Shown: positions 63,960 through 64,000 of the stretch, one piece after another | How the letters are laid out: every line of letters begins with the position of its first letter | Numbering within the stretch: the stretch's first letter is position 1 | Assembly (NCBI RefSeq): GCF_006345805.1 | Contig: NC_043000.1 | Location: 142,538,001-142,602,000, forward strand | Origin: Octopus sinensis | Taxonomy: Eukaryota | Reading direction: 5' to 3' | DNA length: 64,000 nucleotides | Notes under the pieces: generated by a model | Seen by the model: the letters and a program-made list of their open reading frames with translations, nothing else | The model's database searches: none | What the model was told of the DNA's origin: nothing | Position numbers and translations under genes: made by a program

Positions 63960-64000
63960 CCGTGACAAAAATGACAACAGCATTATAATTAACGACTTAG

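Overview
AT-rich eukaryotic DNA, very dense in microsatellites. I could not support any host protein-coding exon, rRNA or intact tRNA gene. The repeat mix resembles coleoid cephalopod (octopus-like) genomes; this is an inference from recall, not a database result. Nearly all interpretable sequence is mobile DNA. Non-LTR and Penelope elements: Penelope-like (GIY-YIG) copies, one with an inverted terminal duplication and others with hammerhead-ribozyme-like motifs; a same-strand cluster of R4/Dong-type RLE retrotransposons in (TAA)n tracts, including one with scrambled domain order; an internally deleted L1/Tx1-like LINE; an RTE 3' end. LTR and DNA elements: Ty3/gypsy pol remnants, two mariner remnants, three head-to-tail non-autonomous Helitrons, a DINE-1/Helentron-like element enclosing a gypsy integrase fragment, and several MITE-like hairpins. 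There are at least four tRNA-derived SINE families, labelled A-D here. The strongest observation is that the SINE-B 3' tail matches the 3' terminus of the Tx1-like LINE, which points to a SINE/LINE partner pair. Most short ORFs in the supplied track are microsatellite artefacts.
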